Assembly (NCBI GenBank): GCA_964398605.1
Contig: CAYNNH010000006.1
Coordinates: 1 to 31,507 of the forward strand
Reading direction: 5' to 3'
DNA length: 31,507 nt
Source: an uncultured Nitrososphaerota archaeon
GTDB taxonomy: Archaea; Thermoproteota; CAYNNH01
The first letter of the stretch is position 1, and every line of letters begins with the position of its first letter. The notes under the pieces are model-generated. The model was not told the origin of the DNA, did no database searches, and saw nothing but the letters and a program-made list of their open reading frames with translations. Both the position numbers and the translations under genes were made by a program. Positions 31,501 through 31,507 of this stretch are shown here, in pieces.

Positions 31501-31507
31501 TATAGAA
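28502..31507 (-). CDS. Very large cell-surface (S-layer-like) glycoprotein candidate, 5'-partial (N-terminus beyond the window), C-terminal TM anchor
   Basis: The frame has no stop from 28505 to the window edge; the ORF-track GTG 31285 is internal. There are six Ig-like modules. I count about 18 N-x-S/T sequons. Gly/Ser linkers are present ('TSSSGGGGTV'). The C-terminus is 'WTWLTVALLMTFAIAIILAKIPVREEEE'. Confidence 0.85.
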   Translation of the reverse strand, partial: FYTSSHEIVETWFSDVRDVAGQNPTWGCTPDGEVWDNEDAAGNEAYPNEDRWIDRSNDLVISFKWFHDSPNYGYVHDWSKGNEYVIDDVYGDQRVDPYWSDDMECFDLGEVRFAMNDTHLLMLIKVCGWSVEYGPCYVVCFDVTPDNPNDGVDTWIWKPSQTEGGASTGGSGSDAELGNITTQGDTLSPLGYTGDEYYEHDGAWKWTHEVYVNLGASTGKAWVKNSSYEGYLGAIGYSYGSGGHNATEVAIPLEFFQGMLDGKVRVWVMSFANQDGGIHDITASNVRDVAPGYPTFGMSASPIAGEVYNVWGDSDVSNDEYPTEDHWVDMCLDVFLGKIKVEWVKTYNVDGFKQTVFSTDWPAERRKVVVRANVTCTAGYNYILWTNASIFAPDGSLITNQSMSVIRTGGSAEGGFGWAIFEFTWSYEATATTGTYTAKVFAGDDAYCEPLSASFDIATTAIYRCFTNFTAWTDKSSYTVGETVYIYLNACYSYGYDLIDYANITIKNPSGAKVVDNALMTATATTGGASSGGEGWRIYEYQWDSSGQVAGTYLVIVNATAEEGWNGTTTTFELTGAQIIIELIEPPNGSTVNEGVCFLANVTATGGLEVKRVELFVDGQYAGTMTRTTHTFYEKTVGLAAREHSWMVKAYDQNGNYYWSANWTFTYDPSAASGPHSAPTDSGYFEVIEPPFETGTLPLSPVKVLLNVTLQDCVRIERYVRGSYMGCFGWNPGLYEFSAPTDKEFWFIAYDSNLNSYGSATYQYSVDPSVAGPHSEPTTYDTNIVFCEPKNATYLPRKTVNFKLNITGIDATNIRRIELFVKGQYMAALQKKQTIGSWLISEGTVTLPEGSYKFWAKLKLADGTVKYSQVYNITIDTSKPHVVSYGTSSSGGGGTVGPLNVLFFVKAEDNFGIDRVELYVDGRFVGIMEKRGDAYEMEVPLTAGLHTWYAVVYDLAGNKAVTPVRRVFVSSPAWTWLTVALLMTFAIAIILAKIPVREEEE
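28601..29770 (-). repeat. Four tandem about 75-105-aa Ig-like modules sharing an 'R(V/I)E(L/R)(F/Y)V.G.(Y/F)' core (protein-level repeat)
   Basis: The modules are at 29459-29770, 29159-29458, 28850-29158 and 28601-28819. Examples: 'LEVKRVELFVDGQYAGTM', 'CVRIERYVRGSYMGCF', 'NIRRIELFVKGQYMAAL', 'GIDRVELYVDGRFVGIM'. Modules 1 and 2 both end with 'DPS(A/V)A(S)GPHS(A/E)PT'. Confidence 0.7.
29783..30436 (-). repeat. Two tandem about 106-112-aa beta-sandwich modules (protein-level repeat)
   Basis: Compare '...NASIFAPDGSLITNQSMSVIRTGGSAEGGFGWAIFEFTWSYEATATTGTYTAKV' with '...NITIKNPSGAKVVDNALMTATATTGGASSGGEGWRIYEYQWDSSGQVAGTYLVIV'. Confidence 0.55.

Noticed and set aside
1-31507. Scan of both strands for CRISPR-like regularly spaced direct repeats, IS or transposase/integrase genes, toxin-antitoxin-sized gene pairs, known defence domains, inteins, tRNA introns and in-frame recoding stops
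   Set aside because: I found none. Every tRNA is 72-75 nt and uninterrupted. No spaced nucleotide repeats were seen. All ORFs over 80 aa outside shadow frames are accounted for by housekeeping, glycan or surface-protein genes. This was a by-eye scan, so short or degenerate repeats could have been missed.

Overview
This is a densely packed (over 90% coding) chromosomal segment from an archaeon. The archaeal markers are a PheRS alpha/beta pair, aIF2-beta, TiaS, an A1-U72 initiator tRNA and an orphan 5S rRNA. Very GC-rich tRNA stems suggest a thermophile. I call 30 protein-coding genes, one 5S rRNA and six intron-less tRNAs: Phe-GAA, Gln-UUG, Thr-UGU, a CAU tRNA that looks like Ile2, initiator Met, and Ala-CGC.

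The content is mostly housekeeping:
- Translation and RNA modification: pheS/pheT, trpS, map, aIF2-beta, TiaS, a NOL1/NOP2/Sun m5C methyltransferase with a Nip7-like PUA protein, and Trm112.
- Cofactor and nucleotide metabolism: a PPAT-like gene, MtaD, an APS-kinase-like gene, and class III RNR nrdD/nrdG.
- A glycan-biosynthesis island at about 8984-14557: sugar-1-P nucleotidyltransferase, Gfo/Idh/MocA oxidoreductase, a degenerate nucleotide-sugar-dehydrogenase-like protein, DUF354, and an AglH/GT4-like phosphotransferase.
- Two large sequon-rich, C-terminally anchored surface proteins.

I found no CRISPR array, transposase or integrase, toxin-antitoxin pair or recognisable defence gene. There is also no sizeable non-coding gap. 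I therefore cannot point to a clear-cut novel system; this looks like an ordinary core region with a surface/glycosylation flavour.

The best leads, all moderate, are:
- A PPAT gene whose essential HxGH motif lies upstream of any canonical start codon, with ACG where ATG is expected.
- A perfect 16-bp palindrome in the nrdD leader.
- A tRNA-Gln with C instead of U at position 33.
- A translationally coupled M3-like peptidase and DNPH1/NDT-like hydrolase pair.
- A motif-degenerate dehydrogenase paralogue inside the glycan operon.
- An uncharacterised DUF1512-like and membrane zinc-ribbon pair.

All family assignments come from motif recognition by eye, not from database searches.
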